From an uncultured archaeon (lineage in GTDB: Archaea > Asgardarchaeota > Heimdallarchaeia > Heimdallarchaeales > Heimdallarchaeaceae): DNA of 64,000 nt. The translations under genes were made by a program, and so were the position numbers. This document shows positions 16,078-26,952 of the stretch, in pieces; position 1 is the first letter of the stretch, and every line of letters starts with the position of its first letter. The stretch spans positions 31,255 through 95,254 of the forward strand of contig CAZJUB010000001.1 in NCBI GenBank assembly GCA_964549075.1, written 5' to 3'. The notes beneath the pieces were generated by a model. That model saw only the letters and a list, made by a program, of their open reading frames with translations, did no database searches and was not told where the DNA came from.

Positions 16078-17433
16078 ATGAGAAGTTTAAATTTAAACAC
16101 TGATGTTCTAATTGTTGGGGCAGGACCTGCAGGCGTAAGTTTAGCAATTAATTTAGGAAAGAGAAACATCTCTACAATTTTAGTTGATCAAAAACCAAAA
16201 AATCGAATTGGATACAAACCTTGCGGTGATGCATTATCTCCAAATTCCACAAGAAAACTTTATGAATTCTGTGGGATAAAACAACCTTATGGAGACGAGA
16301 TATCAGAAAACTTAAAAACAGCTCATTTTCGTCCAGTAAGCGATTTTGAACTCTCTTTAAATTTTAAATCTCAAACTATCGACCGTTTAAAATATGGACA
16401 ACGACTCATTAATTCCCTCAAAGATTATCCTTGGATAGAACTCAAACCTGAACATAAGGTAATTGGTACACTAATTCAAGAAAATAATGTCGCTGGATGT
16501 AAGATTAGACAGAAAGATGGAAAGAAAATAAATATTTATGCTAAGATTACAGTGGATTGTTCTGGGATTACTGGCATTGTAAGAAGAGGAATACTTGATA
16601 CTGTTTGTGATAAATTTCCTAAAAAATTGAAAAACTCAGAGACAATTGTATCTTATAGAGAGATTATTGAAACAGATGATCCTCACGAATATCAAAATCA
16701 GATGAGGATAGAATATCATGATGAAATGCCACCTCCGGGATACTTCTGGATTTTCTCTAAAGGAGAACGCAAGTTAAATGTAGGCGTCGGTTGGTTATTG
16801 AATGAGGATAACAAAAAAGCTAATGTAAAAGCCATTCTCGAGATTATACGAAAAAAGATTTTTCCAAATGCCACAATTCTAGATGCAGCAGGAGACACTT
16901 TACCAGGTAGGTTACCGCTCTATTCTATGGTTTGTAACGGTTTCTTAACTTGTGGAGACGCAGCAACTCTTGTAAATCCAATTTCTGGAGAAGGCCATGG
17001 TCCAGCATTATTAAGTGCGTATTATGCTACAGATGTTATCGAGAAAGCTATCAGGAACAATGATTGCAGTGAACGAGCATTGTGGGAATATAACTTCAAG
17101 ATATGGGATTACTACGGATATGAAGGAGGATTGGGGATCGCTGTTCACAAACTACTTGCTACTGTTCCTTTCAGTGATTTCTCTTTCCTTTTCGAGAAAG
17201 GCATTATTTCACAAGAAGATCTAGATGCTATAATGAGTTCTACATCTGTAAAACTACCTATTTTACAAAAAGTAATCAAAGGAATGAGAAAACCAAAATT
17301 ATTAATTAAAGTAGCTAAAGGATTATTGCTTTCAGAAAAGATAAAAAAACTCTCAAAACATTATCCTAAAAGTCCTGAGAAATTCTACAGATGGAAAAAG
17401 AAAATAGAGAAAATAGAAAGAAAAAAACTTTAG
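16078..17433 (+). CDS. geranylgeranyl reductase family FAD-dependent oxidoreductase
   Basis: The FAD fingerprint DVLIVGAGPAGVSLA and GDAATLVNPISGEGHGPAL are typical of archaeal GGR-family enzymes. Confidence 0.8.
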   Translation: MRSLNLNTDVLIVGAGPAGVSLAINLGKRNISTILVDQKPKNRIGYKPCGDALSPNSTRKLYEFCGIKQPYGDEISENLKTAHFRPVSDFELSLNFKSQTIDRLKYGQRLINSLKDYPWIELKPEHKVIGTLIQENNVAGCKIRQKDGKKINIYAKITVDCSGITGIVRRGILDTVCDKFPKKLKNSETIVSYREIIETDDPHEYQNQMRIEYHDEMPPPGYFWIFSKGERKLNVGVGWLLNEDNKKANVKAILEIIRKKIFPNATILDAAGDTLPGRLPLYSMVCNGFLTCGDAATLVNPISGEGHGPALLSAYYATDVIEKAIRNNDCSERALWEYNFKIWDYYGYEGGLGIAVHKLLATVPFSDFSFLFEKGIISQEDLDAIMSSTSVKLPILQKVIKGMRKPKLLIKVAKGLLLSEKIKKLSKHYPKSPEKFYRWKKKIEKIERKKL

Positions 17434-19301
17434 GTAACAACTATTTTTCCGTCACCAATCTTAATCAACCTATCACATGTCTCTGCAATACTTTTATCAT
17501 GTGTAACTAGTATCACAGCTGTACCTTGTTCTCTTGCGAATCTGCTAATCAAATCAATAACAACCTTTCCAGTTTGAGAGTCAAGATCCCCAGTTGGTTC
17601 ATCTGCAAAGATTATAGCTGGGTTGTTTATCATTGCACGGGCAATTGTAACTCTTTGCATTTGTCCTCCCGATAGTTTAATTGGATATTGGTTTTTAAAA
17701 CGTTCAAGACCAACTTCTTCTATTAGTTCTATTGCTCTCTTTCTTACTTCTCTTTTCGGTGTTCTTATCATCAATCCTGGAAGCATAACATTTTCTAGAA
17801 CAGTCAATTGAGGAACGAGATTATAATATTGAAAAATAAATCCCATATTTTTTCTTCGGAACATAGAAATTGCTGAATCAGTCATTGTTTCGAGATTTGT
17901 TCCAAGTAGAAATACTGCTCCACGATTTGGTGAATCTAGTCCAGATAAAAGGTTTAGAAGCGTTGTTTTTCCACTTCCAGAAGGTCCAATAATTGCAACC
18001 ATCTCTCCCTTTCTGATTTCTATATCTACACCTCGTAAAGCATATACAGTTGAACCTACGAGTCTATAAGTTTTAAAGAGTGATACTCCTTTAAGTATAG
18101 AATCTTCATCTACATCAAGCTTCTTTCGTGTTTCAATGCTAACATCACTAGGAACAGATTGAAAATATGCTAGATCCCTAAATTTATCTGCATAGTATTT
18201 TAGTAATTGAATCTCAGTTAGAGTCTGTGTAAAAATATCAGATAGATATTCGATTTGATCTATTTCTTTTTCAGGTAAATCTTTGTACTTATTAATAGTG
18301 TTCAATAATTCACGAAATATTTTTTTAACATTCATTTGAAGATGATTTAAACGAGCTGTCAAGTCTTCACACTGTGTCAATGATTCAACCAACATCAAAT
18401 AATCCATTAAAGGATTATAATCTAAATTTTCAACTTCTATTCTTAGCTCTTTTGTAACTTCGGAAACTCTTCTAAGTTGTTTTAAGATCACTGAAATAGA
18501 TTGTTGTGTAGAGGATAATAAACCAAAAATAACTCTTATAGTTCTCCAAAGCTTATCACTCATTTGTTCTTCTAGTAATTGAATGTTATTTTTGTCAAGA
18601 ACTAAATTCCCTAGAAGATCAATTGCAACTTCATTTGATTCCAAGATTGGTTTAAGATTAGTAGCACAAGTTTTACCAAATTGAGCTATAAGAAGATTTT
18701 CTGCAATGGTTCGCAACGAAACACCCGATGTCTTATCGTTAATATCACGTTTTAAGATAAAATCAGGTAGCATGATTATATCTGGAAAGTCATCAGGAAA
18801 GTCCCATATGATTAAGAAGGTATTCTGAAGAACATCACTAACTCGTTCTATGACTCTATCATCAATGTCTTCTGTTTTCTTTGATATTTCAGAAATAATT
18901 TCTTTACTTGTAGAAGATCCCGAACTTTTAACTAAATTTGCTAAAATATTAGTGATATCTTTTATTTCTACATTTTTCCTAATTGCTTTTGAATATTTAT
19001 TACATTCATTATTACAGTAGGTATGGATAATTGTTTCAAGCTCTTGCATCAAATTTTTTCTTTGTTCACTTGATTCAACTGAACTGAGAGGGATATTGCA
19101 CCTTACAAAAAGAAAAGAATTAACCTCAAGAAATTCTAATGAACCAGACTTAGTAGAAGAAACAAATTTCTTCAAGATTTTTTTAATTTTTCGAACTAAA
19201 GTATTAAAAGAATCTCTATCAAGCTTGTTAATAAGAACACCCATTGTCATCTTAGCAAATTGCTCTTGAAGTTGAGTCTTTTTAATTTCTGAATCAGCCA
19301 T
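17430..19301 (-). CDS. ABC transporter ATP-binding protein (MacB/LolD type) fused to a roughly 400-aa N-terminal domain of unknown function
   Basis: The C-terminal 225 aa carry Walker [10 protein letters not shown], the Q-loop, signature LSGGQMQR, Walker [13 protein letters not shown] and the H-loop VTHD. I prefer the ATG at 19301, which has GGTGA about 9 nt upstream and overlaps the upstream stop by 8 nt. Confidence 0.8.
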   Translation of the reverse strand: MADSEIKKTQLQEQFAKMTMGVLINKLDRDSFNTLVRKIKKILKKFVSSTKSGSLEFLEVNSFLFVRCNIPLSSVESSEQRKNLMQELETIIHTYCNNECNKYSKAIRKNVEIKDITNILANLVKSSGSSTSKEIISEISKKTEDIDDRVIERVSDVLQNTFLIIWDFPDDFPDIIMLPDFILKRDINDKTSGVSLRTIAENLLIAQFGKTCATNLKPILESNEVAIDLLGNLVLDKNNIQLLEEQMSDKLWRTIRVIFGLLSSTQQSISVILKQLRRVSEVTKELRIEVENLDYNPLMDYLMLVESLTQCEDLTARLNHLQMNVKKIFRELLNTINKYKDLPEKEIDQIEYLSDIFTQTLTEIQLLKYYADKFRDLAYFQSVPSDVSIETRKKLDVDEDSILKGVSLFKTYRLVGSTVYALRGVDIEIRKGEMVAIIGPSGSGKTTLLNLLSGLDSPNRGAVFLLGTNLETMTDSAISMFRRKNMGFIFQYYNLVPQLTVLENVMLPGLMIRTPKREVRKRAIELIEEVGLERFKNQYPIKLSGGQMQRVTIARAMINNPAIIFADEPTGDLDSQTGKVVIDLISRFAREQGTAVILVTHDKSIAETCDRLIKIGDGKIVVT

Positions 19302-20013
19302 TTTTTTCATCACCTTGATTAACAATCTCTCCATCCACTATTCGTATAATGCGATGACAGAAAGAAGCGATATATTCAGAATGTGTAACAACAAGAAATG
19401 TCTGTTTATAATTTTCATTAATTGAAACAAACAAATTCATTATCTCAGTAGAAGTATCTTGATCCAAGTCACCAGTAGGTTCATCACCAAGAATAATTGC
19501 AGGATTCATTAGAAGTGCTCGTGATACTGCTACTCTTTGTTGTTCACCTCCACTAAGTTCATTTGGTAAATGATATATTTTATCTCCAAGACCCATCTGT
19601 CTAAGCATCATTTTTGCTTCTTCTTCAGCTTCTAACCTTGAGATATCAGTAAGAAGTAAAGGGAGAACCGTATTATCTAGAGCAGTTAGGAAATCAAATA
19701 GATTAAACAATTGAAAGATATAACCAATATTATTCAATCGAAATTCTGTCATTTCTATATCGGATAATTCGTTAACATCTTGACCTTGGATGAATATTGT
19801 TCCTTCGGTAGGTTGATCTATTCCACCTAAAAGGTTTAAAAGTGTAGTTTTTCCACAGCCAGATGGTCCCATGATTGCGACCATCTCTCCTTTTCTTATC
19901 TCGATATCAATTCCTCTTAAGGCATGAACTTCCATCGGGGTATCTTTTGCATATATCTTATGCAAATTTTTAGTCTTTAGGATTATTTCCTCAGCAACAT
20001 TCTTAACCGACAT
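19294..20013 (-). CDS. ABC transporter ATP-binding protein (MacB/LolD type, canonical size)
   Basis: [29 protein letters not shown] and VTHS are all present. The gene overlaps both neighbouring genes of the operon. Confidence 0.9.
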   Translation of the reverse strand: MSVKNVAEEIILKTKNLHKIYAKDTPMEVHALRGIDIEIRKGEMVAIMGPSGCGKTTLLNLLGGIDQPTEGTIFIQGQDVNELSDIEMTEFRLNNIGYIFQLFNLFDFLTALDNTVLPLLLTDISRLEAEEEAKMMLRQMGLGDKIYHLPNELSGGEQQRVAVSRALLMNPAIILGDEPTGDLDQDTSTEIMNLFVSINENYKQTFLVVTHSEYIASFCHRIIRIVDGEIVNQGDEKNG

Positions 20014-23000
20014 ATCTTATAGCCTCCGCTGGAGTTATTTGACTTGCTCTTATACCTGGTATTATTGAAGCTATTAGAGCTATACCTACCATAATTCCCG
20101 TATAAAGTAACAACTTAGTTAGTGGAAGTATCAATCTCCAATTGTAGATGTTTGAGAAGGACCAGCCAAGGATTAGACTGTTAATGAAACCCATTATCAA
20201 ACCTAAAATTGCGAGTATGAATAATTCTAACATTATGGTTCCTATAATTTGCTGTTTTTTGAAACCAATTGCTCGCATCATTCCAATTTCTCTTCTTCTT
20301 TCTGAAATGTTTCTTACTGCAATAATTATCATCCCCAACGCTCCAACTACTAATCCAAATCCAACGAAATATTCTAAAAATGCAAATGTCTTCACTTGGA
20401 AATCCACCATATCTAACATCTCATTCCAATATGCATCTGCATCTGCAGCTACAAAATCTTCATTTTGAACCAACACAGAATCTTTTCCATTTAGATATTC
20501 CTCAATATTTTTTGATAGAACATAATTTTGATTAGATCTAAAATCATATGAAGTTTTGACAAGAAATCTTGTGTATTTAGGATATAGCGCAAAATTATTT
20601 CTCAATATTGGATAGAAATCTGGTGTTATCAACAAGCTTGGAAGTCCCGAACCAAAAGCAAATGGGTATTGCATGACAGAAGCTAATACAATTACTTGTC
20701 TAGGAGCATAACCTAAACCATGTAGATTGAAAACATGTCCTGGTCGAAGAATTGGAGTGGTGGAAATTACAGTTTCATAGCCATTTTCGTTATCTATATA
20801 ACCTTCTGCGTTAAATTTGGTTCTGTTGTAGAAGAAATCCCAAATCTCATGACTATAGTCTCTTTGGTATTGTTCAGAAGCAGCAGGTTTGTATTGTTTT
20901 GTAAATTCAGCAATTGATTGTTCGAATATAAAATCAAAAATGTATTCCGTTCCATTTTTGAAAGTATTATTATATAGCATATCTATTCTTGCTGGAAGGA
21001 TTTCAGATGGAATTTCAAATTCAAATCCTTCAACTTGCGTGATATAAGTAATAGTGGAATTTATACCTTTAACATAGGTTATAGCACTATCAACATCATA
21101 AAGATCTCTTTCTATATCAACTAGGGAAGAATTTGCGATAGGAGTATCAAGATCGATATTAATAGCTGCTCCACCACTATAAAATTCAGCTGATTCTAAC
21201 GTATTATAGGAGTACGTAGATTGATAAATGCCTGCAAAAATATTCATTGTTAATACTAAAGCAAAGATACCAAATGTTAAGGTACTTCGCATAGACTTAG
21301 ATGTCATATATTTGCTTGATATTAGTGATACTCCTTTTTTCAAACGAGTTCGATACAACAGATTTCTTAATGAGTTGGTTACTGCTGCTAAATTAACTCC
21401 AACCACAATTATTGATCCTAAAGCTAATACAACTGCTAAAGTTGCAAGAATCTTAGTATTTTCTGTAACCTCTTTTAATGATGATAATGAAGTTAATAGC
21501 ATAACTATTGCAATACCCATAAATGTAAGTCCTATACCATTCCCCATTATTTTCTTCGAGAATAGATAACCCAATATAAGACTAATTCCTATGAGAATGG
21601 CAGCAGAAGCTCCCATAAACATCCACTGCTCTAAAGCTGTATCCCATCCAGATGCTACAAAAAACGAACCATAAAGTAAGTATTGAGATACAAAGATACC
21701 TATACCACCTACAATAAAAGTTAATCCTAAACCGAGTGAGAAATTACCTGTTCTTTTTGGTTTAACTTTCTTTATTCCTCTGATAACTTCAATTACGTCC
21801 ACTCTAGCAGCTCTTATCGCAGGGAATATTCCAGCTCCTACTGATAAAATAAGACCGAGAACAACTGAATAGATAATAGATGCACCCGTTACTGTAGGTT
21901 GTAAATTAATTACTCCTTCGAAGAAAGTTTGACCTATTTGATAGACTAAGAAAACAGACATTCCATACCCTCCAGCTACACCTAAAAGTGATCCAAATAT
22001 CCCAAGTACAACTGATTCAATAAGAAAGAGACTAACAATTTCTCTACGTCTAGAACCTATCGCTCTTAAGATTCCTAATTGTGAAATTCTATCTTCAACT
22101 TGAATTAGTTGAATATTGACCAAAAGGAGGATACCTGCAAAAATGATCAATGCCCCAAAAAGGTTGAAAGCAAGGAGTACATCCCCTAAAATTTGATCCG
22201 AAGTTTCAAGTATTAATGCTCTAAATGCTATGATTACAAGGCTATTTGCTTCTGCATTCAATAAATCTTTTAATTCCAGTTCTACTTGTTTTGCGTAATC
22301 ATTATCTACCGGATTTAATTTGTGATTAGCACTTAATGCAATATTAATCTCTGTACATTCATTAGAATTCAAACCTATAATTGAACGTAAATTATCAATA
22401 CTGGTCCAAATAGCCCTTCCCCCTAATTCTTTTCCTTTGCCTTCTTCTGCTACAAAACCTACAACCTGCAAATCAAAAGTCTTATACTCATATTGAAAGG
22501 TTCCATTAGTATTTAATTCGCCAATACGTATTTTAATAATTGATCCTGTAGTAACATTGAGATCTTCTTGCAGACTAGCTCCTAAAAGAACTTGGGTTTC
22601 ATTTAAGAAGTAATTTTGAAGTTCACTCTGGGTTATTTCAGTATTATTTTCATCATAGAAGTTTCCAAACACAGGATCTTCATTTAATTCGATTCCCACA
22701 AAATTTATCCCTTTTTCAAGATCACCAGTTTCTAAATTATATACAGCAACATCTTGCGTTACTCTGGCATTCATAGCTGCAATAGTAATATTAGATTGTT
22801 CAATTTCATCCATAATATTTGTGTAATTTTGGATTGGAAGAGCAAATCCACTGATTATAATATCATTTTCACCTATTGCATCTACAAAGAAATCCAAAGC
22901 TTCAGCAGTAAAACTTGTAATTGTAATCTGAACACCAACCATTAAAGAGACTCCAAGAGAAATAGCTATCAACGTACCAATATTTTTACCAAGTCGTCGT

Positions 23001-23038
23001 TTGAATGTTTTTTGGAATAGATTTGTGATGTAGCTCAT
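20003..23038 (-). CDS. ABC transporter permease with two FtsX/MacB-type modules and two large extracytoplasmic domains
   Basis: 1011 aa. Each half has an N-terminal TM segment, a soluble loop of roughly 250 aa and a 3-TM FtsX-like block (RAIGSRRREI..., RAIGFKKQQI...). Additional TM segments lie between the halves. Confidence 0.8.
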   Translation of the reverse strand: MSYITNLFQKTFKRRLGKNIGTLIAISLGVSLMVGVQITITSFTAEALDFFVDAIGENDIIISGFALPIQNYTNIMDEIEQSNITIAAMNARVTQDVAVYNLETGDLEKGINFVGIELNEDPVFGNFYDENNTEITQSELQNYFLNETQVLLGASLQEDLNVTTGSIIKIRIGELNTNGTFQYEYKTFDLQVVGFVAEEGKGKELGGRAIWTSIDNLRSIIGLNSNECTEINIALSANHKLNPVDNDYAKQVELELKDLLNAEANSLVIIAFRALILETSDQILGDVLLAFNLFGALIIFAGILLLVNIQLIQVEDRISQLGILRAIGSRRREIVSLFLIESVVLGIFGSLLGVAGGYGMSVFLVYQIGQTFFEGVINLQPTVTGASIIYSVVLGLILSVGAGIFPAIRAARVDVIEVIRGIKKVKPKRTGNFSLGLGLTFIVGGIGIFVSQYLLYGSFFVASGWDTALEQWMFMGASAAILIGISLILGYLFSKKIMGNGIGLTFMGIAIVMLLTSLSSLKEVTENTKILATLAVVLALGSIIVVGVNLAAVTNSLRNLLYRTRLKKGVSLISSKYMTSKSMRSTLTFGIFALVLTMNIFAGIYQSTYSYNTLESAEFYSGGAAINIDLDTPIANSSLVDIERDLYDVDSAITYVKGINSTITYITQVEGFEFEIPSEILPARIDMLYNNTFKNGTEYIFDFIFEQSIAEFTKQYKPAASEQYQRDYSHEIWDFFYNRTKFNAEGYIDNENGYETVISTTPILRPGHVFNLHGLGYAPRQVIVLASVMQYPFAFGSGLPSLLITPDFYPILRNNFALYPKYTRFLVKTSYDFRSNQNYVLSKNIEEYLNGKDSVLVQNEDFVAADADAYWNEMLDMVDFQVKTFAFLEYFVGFGLVVGALGMIIIAVRNISERRREIGMMRAIGFKKQQIIGTIMLELFILAILGLIMGFINSLILGWSFSNIYNWRLILPLTKLLLYTGIMVGIALIASIIPGIRASQITPAEAIRYVG

Positions 23039-23172
23039 AATTTTAACCTTTTCTTGCGTAACTAAATGGAATTATTATAAATTTCGAGTATATAAATTGT
23101 TATTTTTGTAAAACAAATTTGAAAGTATATTAAATTCTGCTATATTCTGCTAATATTTAGATACTTTTAAAA

Positions 23173-24807
23173 ATGAAACAAATGTTTGTTCATAACTTGG
23201 AGAATGATGAAATGTTTGGACACAGGGAATCATCTTTGCTAGAACTTGGAAAAAGTTCAAGATTCGCTATTTCTTTCTTTGTATCATTCGCAATTACAAA
23301 ACTTATAGGAGTTGCTTTCACAAAAATATTTACTAATACTTTGTCAGAAAGTGAAATGGGTCAATACTCAATCATAACCTCAGCAATTGCCTTACTCATT
23401 GGTTTTTCATCTTTTGGGTTCACTTCTGCAGTTAATAGATATGCAATAAAATACAAAATTTCTAAAAATCTTGAAACTTTCAAGAATTTCATATTTACAG
23501 GTATTCTAATTTATATCATTGCTGAAATTATCGTAATATTAGCGATTCTTATCGTTTTCTTTGTAACTGGCAAAGGACCATGGTTCCTTCAAGTTGAGAA
23601 TTATATTGGAACAGTTCTTTTAATCGCACTTATAGTTTTCGCTCAAATTTTTAGTACTATTTGTTATACAATCGCAACATCACTCCAAAGTAGCAGATAT
23701 TATTCAAATATTATCATCGCTAGAGTTTTATTACAAATTCCATTTAGTATATTTGCTGTAATTTTCTTTAAGATGGGATTATTTGGTCTTATTATAGGTT
23801 TAGCATTAGCAGAAACTGTTGTAGCAATTTATAGTATCTATAAAATAATCAAAGACATAGGTATTGGAAGATTCTCATTTACTGAATTCAAGAAAATCAT
23901 GACTTTTTCTCTTCCTTCCTATTATGTGGGAAATATTTGGCAAGGATTTAATATGCTAGTATTATTGTTAGTTAATTATTTCTTCCCAATAACTGGTACG
24001 GAGACAATAGCACTATACAGATATGGTGCTTTGTTAGTTACAAATCTCATTCTAGTTGCAGGAAATCTGATTAGTATGGTATATAGTCCTATTATCTTTA
24101 GATTATTTGAAAGAGGACAACATGATCGAATCCAACTTGTTTCTCAGAAAATTCTTAAAATGTTTCTTATTACACTCATCCCTTTGGCAATAGCACTTTA
24201 TGCCTATTCACCCATTCTTATCATGCTTTTTACAAATAGTAGTTATATCCTCAGTGTCTATATTATACCTTTCTTACTAGGGGCAGTAATCTTCAAATAC
24301 CTACATAGTATTATAGCTTTTGGGCATGTTTTGTACTTAAAATTATATTGGAACGCTATTTTTGCAACAGTCGCATTTGGAGCTGCTTTTGCAGTTGCTT
24401 GGTTTGTTATTCCAATCAATGCTCTATTAGGTCTAGGTGCTTCATTTTTTGTTATCAGAGCTGTTTATTCTATTGGTGCGATGATAATATCACAAAGATA
24501 TTACAAGCTCAATTACGACTATATCGGATTGTTAAAATTACTTGGTATTTTTATTGTTTCAGCTGGTGTTGGAATTGTTTGCTATTATTTTGTTTTTGGT
24601 TTTGCTGGTATTTACAACGTTACCATTTCGTTTTCAATCACTCTTGTTCTATTTATAGCAGGAATTTTGCTTACAAAGCAAATTAAAAGAGATGATATAA
24701 GTTTTTTCACAGATCTTTTCAAAGATTATTTCAAAAAATTCAGCAAAAATAAAGAAAAAATAGATACAATGCCTGATACTATTGAAGAAAGAATAGATCT
24801 TGATTAA
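23173..24807 (+). CDS. polytopic membrane protein, probable MOP-superfamily (Wzx-like) oligosaccharide flippase
   Basis: About 14 TM segments, and size and topology typical of polysaccharide-biosynthesis flippases. It sits next to glycan-modifying enzymes. Confidence 0.55.
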   Translation: MKQMFVHNLENDEMFGHRESSLLELGKSSRFAISFFVSFAITKLIGVAFTKIFTNTLSESEMGQYSIITSAIALLIGFSSFGFTSAVNRYAIKYKISKNLETFKNFIFTGILIYIIAEIIVILAILIVFFVTGKGPWFLQVENYIGTVLLIALIVFAQIFSTICYTIATSLQSSRYYSNIIIARVLLQIPFSIFAVIFFKMGLFGLIIGLALAETVVAIYSIYKIIKDIGIGRFSFTEFKKIMTFSLPSYYVGNIWQGFNMLVLLLVNYFFPITGTETIALYRYGALLVTNLILVAGNLISMVYSPIIFRLFERGQHDRIQLVSQKILKMFLITLIPLAIALYAYSPILIMLFTNSSYILSVYIIPFLLGAVIFKYLHSIIAFGHVLYLKLYWNAIFATVAFGAAFAVAWFVIPINALLGLGASFFVIRAVYSIGAMIISQRYYKLNYDYIGLLKLLGIFIVSAGVGIVCYYFVFGFAGIYNVTISFSITLVLFIAGILLTKQIKRDDISFFTDLFKDYFKKFSKNKEKIDTMPDTIEERIDLD

Positions 24808-24846
24808 ACACATTTCAATATTACGACAGAAATAGTTTTGTTGTTG

Positions 24847-25668
24847 TTATGTTTTCCAAAGATCCAAGTTTAATCCAGTTAAATTACTTAATTCTCTGTT
24901 ATAATCAGCGAAGTAGTGATCTAGTTCATTTCGTAATGCATTTGATAGTTTTGGATAACCGGGTTTTTTTCCCTTAGTAGCAAGAAATTGCAATCCTCTA
25001 TACACCAAAGAATTCTGTCTAAATATCTCAGAAGATTTTCTGAGCAAAAGTGGTATTCGTGGTATCACAGTTATATTTCTTATTTCATTAATATATTTGA
25101 AATCATTAAATGGAACTTTTAAAAATTTGAACAGACTATACATATTATCTAACGGATTTTTCACAAAATCCTCAAACAACATGAAAAACATCTGTTTTTT
25201 TTCAAAGTATTCCAAATAATATTCAATTTGCTCAACATAAACACTTCTTTTTAAGTATCCTTTGAAAATATCTTTTCTAATACGTTCAGTTTCTTTTTGA
25301 ACAGCTTTTTCAAAACTATATCTTTCCCTTCCTGATTTCACAGCATGCCAATAATTTGAATATGCTCGTTCAATAGGATTTCGAAAAATCCATATTAATT
25401 TTATTTCTTGACTATACTCCTGTATTCTTTTCGGAACTTTTTCTAAATAACTATAAGTAGGAGTTTTCTCTCCAATTATTTTCTGTTGGTCACATTCTGT
25501 AAAATTTTCTTCATACCATTTAGTTCCTTTAGAATAATTATTGTCATTATCAAAAAAATGGATTTCTTTTAGAGGTATGCAAATATCAGGATTATGTTGA
25601 AGTTGAAATGCAAGACTAGAAGTTCCTGCTTTCATTGCACCTACAATAATAAAATCTAATTTCTTCAT
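24847..25668 (-). CDS. PAPS-dependent sulfotransferase family protein
   Basis: 5'-PSB loop IIVGAMKAGTSSL and 3'-PB block FRNPIERAYSNYWH. Confidence 0.75.
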   Translation of the reverse strand: MKKLDFIIVGAMKAGTSSLAFQLQHNPDICIPLKEIHFFDNDNNYSKGTKWYEENFTECDQQKIIGEKTPTYSYLEKVPKRIQEYSQEIKLIWIFRNPIERAYSNYWHAVKSGRERYSFEKAVQKETERIRKDIFKGYLKRSVYVEQIEYYLEYFEKKQMFFMLFEDFVKNPLDNMYSLFKFLKVPFNDFKYINEIRNITVIPRIPLLLRKSSEIFRQNSLVYRGLQFLATKGKKPGYPKLSNALRNELDHYFADYNRELSNLTGLNLDLWKT

Positions 25669-25678
25669 TAACCATTCC

Positions 25679-26221
25679 CTAATGAAATTTCTTTTCTTCT
25701 TTTAATTTGAAGTAATGATCTTTATCTCGATACTTGAAAGGTTCGGCAGGATGACCTCCAGCTATTGCACAAGGTGGTACATCTTTTATAACTACACTTC
25801 CTGCTTGAATAATTGCTCCTTCTCCAATAGTTGCACCACTGACTATTATACAACGAGCACCAATCCAAACATTATCTTCTACCACTATTTTTTTTCTTAT
25901 ATATGTTTCATCATAAGGAATTTTTGTTCCTTCATAATTATGATTTCGAGTTAAAAACAAGATATCTGGACCTGAATGGAAATTATCTCCTATTATAACC
26001 TCACCATCACCTCTAATAATCACTCCATTAAAATTCACATTATTTCCTAAAATAGTATTTTTATTGACTTTAGATTTATGATTAACTTTAAGTCCTTCTC
26101 CAACTTTTTTTGCTGCTTTTTGAACTTGTTTTCGATATCTTCTTCTGTTATATTTTAGGAACAACGTAGCAATAACTCCAAACACATTAAACATAATCTT
26201 ACACAAAATTAATCCATTCAA
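25679..26221 (-). CDS. hexapeptide-repeat (LbH) acetyltransferase with an N-terminal membrane anchor
   Basis: [44 protein letters not shown] is a typical left-handed beta-helix O-acetyltransferase core. The N-terminus is hydrophobic. Confidence 0.8.
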   Translation of the reverse strand: MNGLILCKIMFNVFGVIATLFLKYNRRRYRKQVQKAAKKVGEGLKVNHKSKVNKNTILGNNVNFNGVIIRGDGEVIIGDNFHSGPDILFLTRNHNYEGTKIPYDETYIRKKIVVEDNVWIGARCIIVSGATIGEGAIIQAGSVVIKDVPPCAIAGGHPAEPFKYRDKDHYFKLKEEKKFH

Positions 26222-26324
26222 CTCTATTTAAAAGCTTTTTTTTATCCTATTATTAAAATTGTCTAGAAATCTAATCAGTAATTTAAACTAAAAATTCTTA
26301 AGATTAGATTACTAAGATACATGT

Positions 26325-26897
26325 ATGATAGATATCTATTCCACAAAATCTCCTTATATTGGAGAAAAAATAAAACTTCGTCCTTTAGAAAAGGATGATT
26401 TAAAGAGTATCATGAAATATTGGAACACATATGAATCTAGGATAGGACTAGGTTTACTTATACCTATGTCGTCAATGATGGAAGCAGAATTTATAGAAAT
26501 GGTTCACAACAAAGCTAAAAACGGAACGGGATATATTTTTGCAATTGAAGATGTTGTTTCAGGAGATTTTCTTGGAACCTGTGGAATAGACGATATAAAT
26601 AATATTAGCAGATCAGCTGAACTTGGAATTGCTATTCATAATCCTGACAATCATGGCAAAGGTTATGGTACTGATACTATGAGATGTTTACTTAAATTTT
26701 GTTTCAACATTTTAAATCTTCATCGTGTTGAACTTTGGGTGATGGAATACAATGAAAGAGCCATCCATGTTTATGAAAAGGTAGGATTCAAAGAAGTAGG
26801 ACGAAAAAGAGATGCACATTTTCTACAAGGAATGTACCATGATGTTATTGTAATGGACATTTTGGAAGAGGAATTTCAACAGACTCACCCTCGATAA
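26325..26897 (+). CDS. GNAT N-acetyltransferase (RimJ/RimL-like)
   Basis: GKGYGTDTMRCLLKFCFNILNLHRVELWVMEYNERAIHVYEKVGFKEVG matches the acetyl-CoA binding region of the RimJ/L subfamily. Confidence 0.85.
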   Translation: MIDIYSTKSPYIGEKIKLRPLEKDDLKSIMKYWNTYESRIGLGLLIPMSSMMEAEFIEMVHNKAKNGTGYIFAIEDVVSGDFLGTCGIDDINNISRSAELGIAIHNPDNHGKGYGTDTMRCLLKFCFNILNLHRVELWVMEYNERAIHVYEKVGFKEVGRKRDAHFLQGMYHDVIVMDILEEEFQQTHPR

Positions 26898-26952
26898 CAC
26901 AGTAACTTGCATAAATCTTATAATTAACTAATATTGTCTCATTCTGTCACTG

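Noticed and set aside
20148-22945. Several 60-113 aa plus-strand ORFs (20148, 20735, 21228, 22754) inside the ABC permease gene
   Set aside because: All are antisense to a continuous 1011-codon frame with recognisable FtsX modules. None has a motif.
24348-24686. Cys/Trp-rich 112-aa alternative-frame ORF inside the flippase gene
   Set aside because: It is on the same strand and entirely nested in a long TM-protein frame. Its Cys/Phe/Trp-rich composition is what out-of-frame reading of T-rich membrane-protein codons produces.
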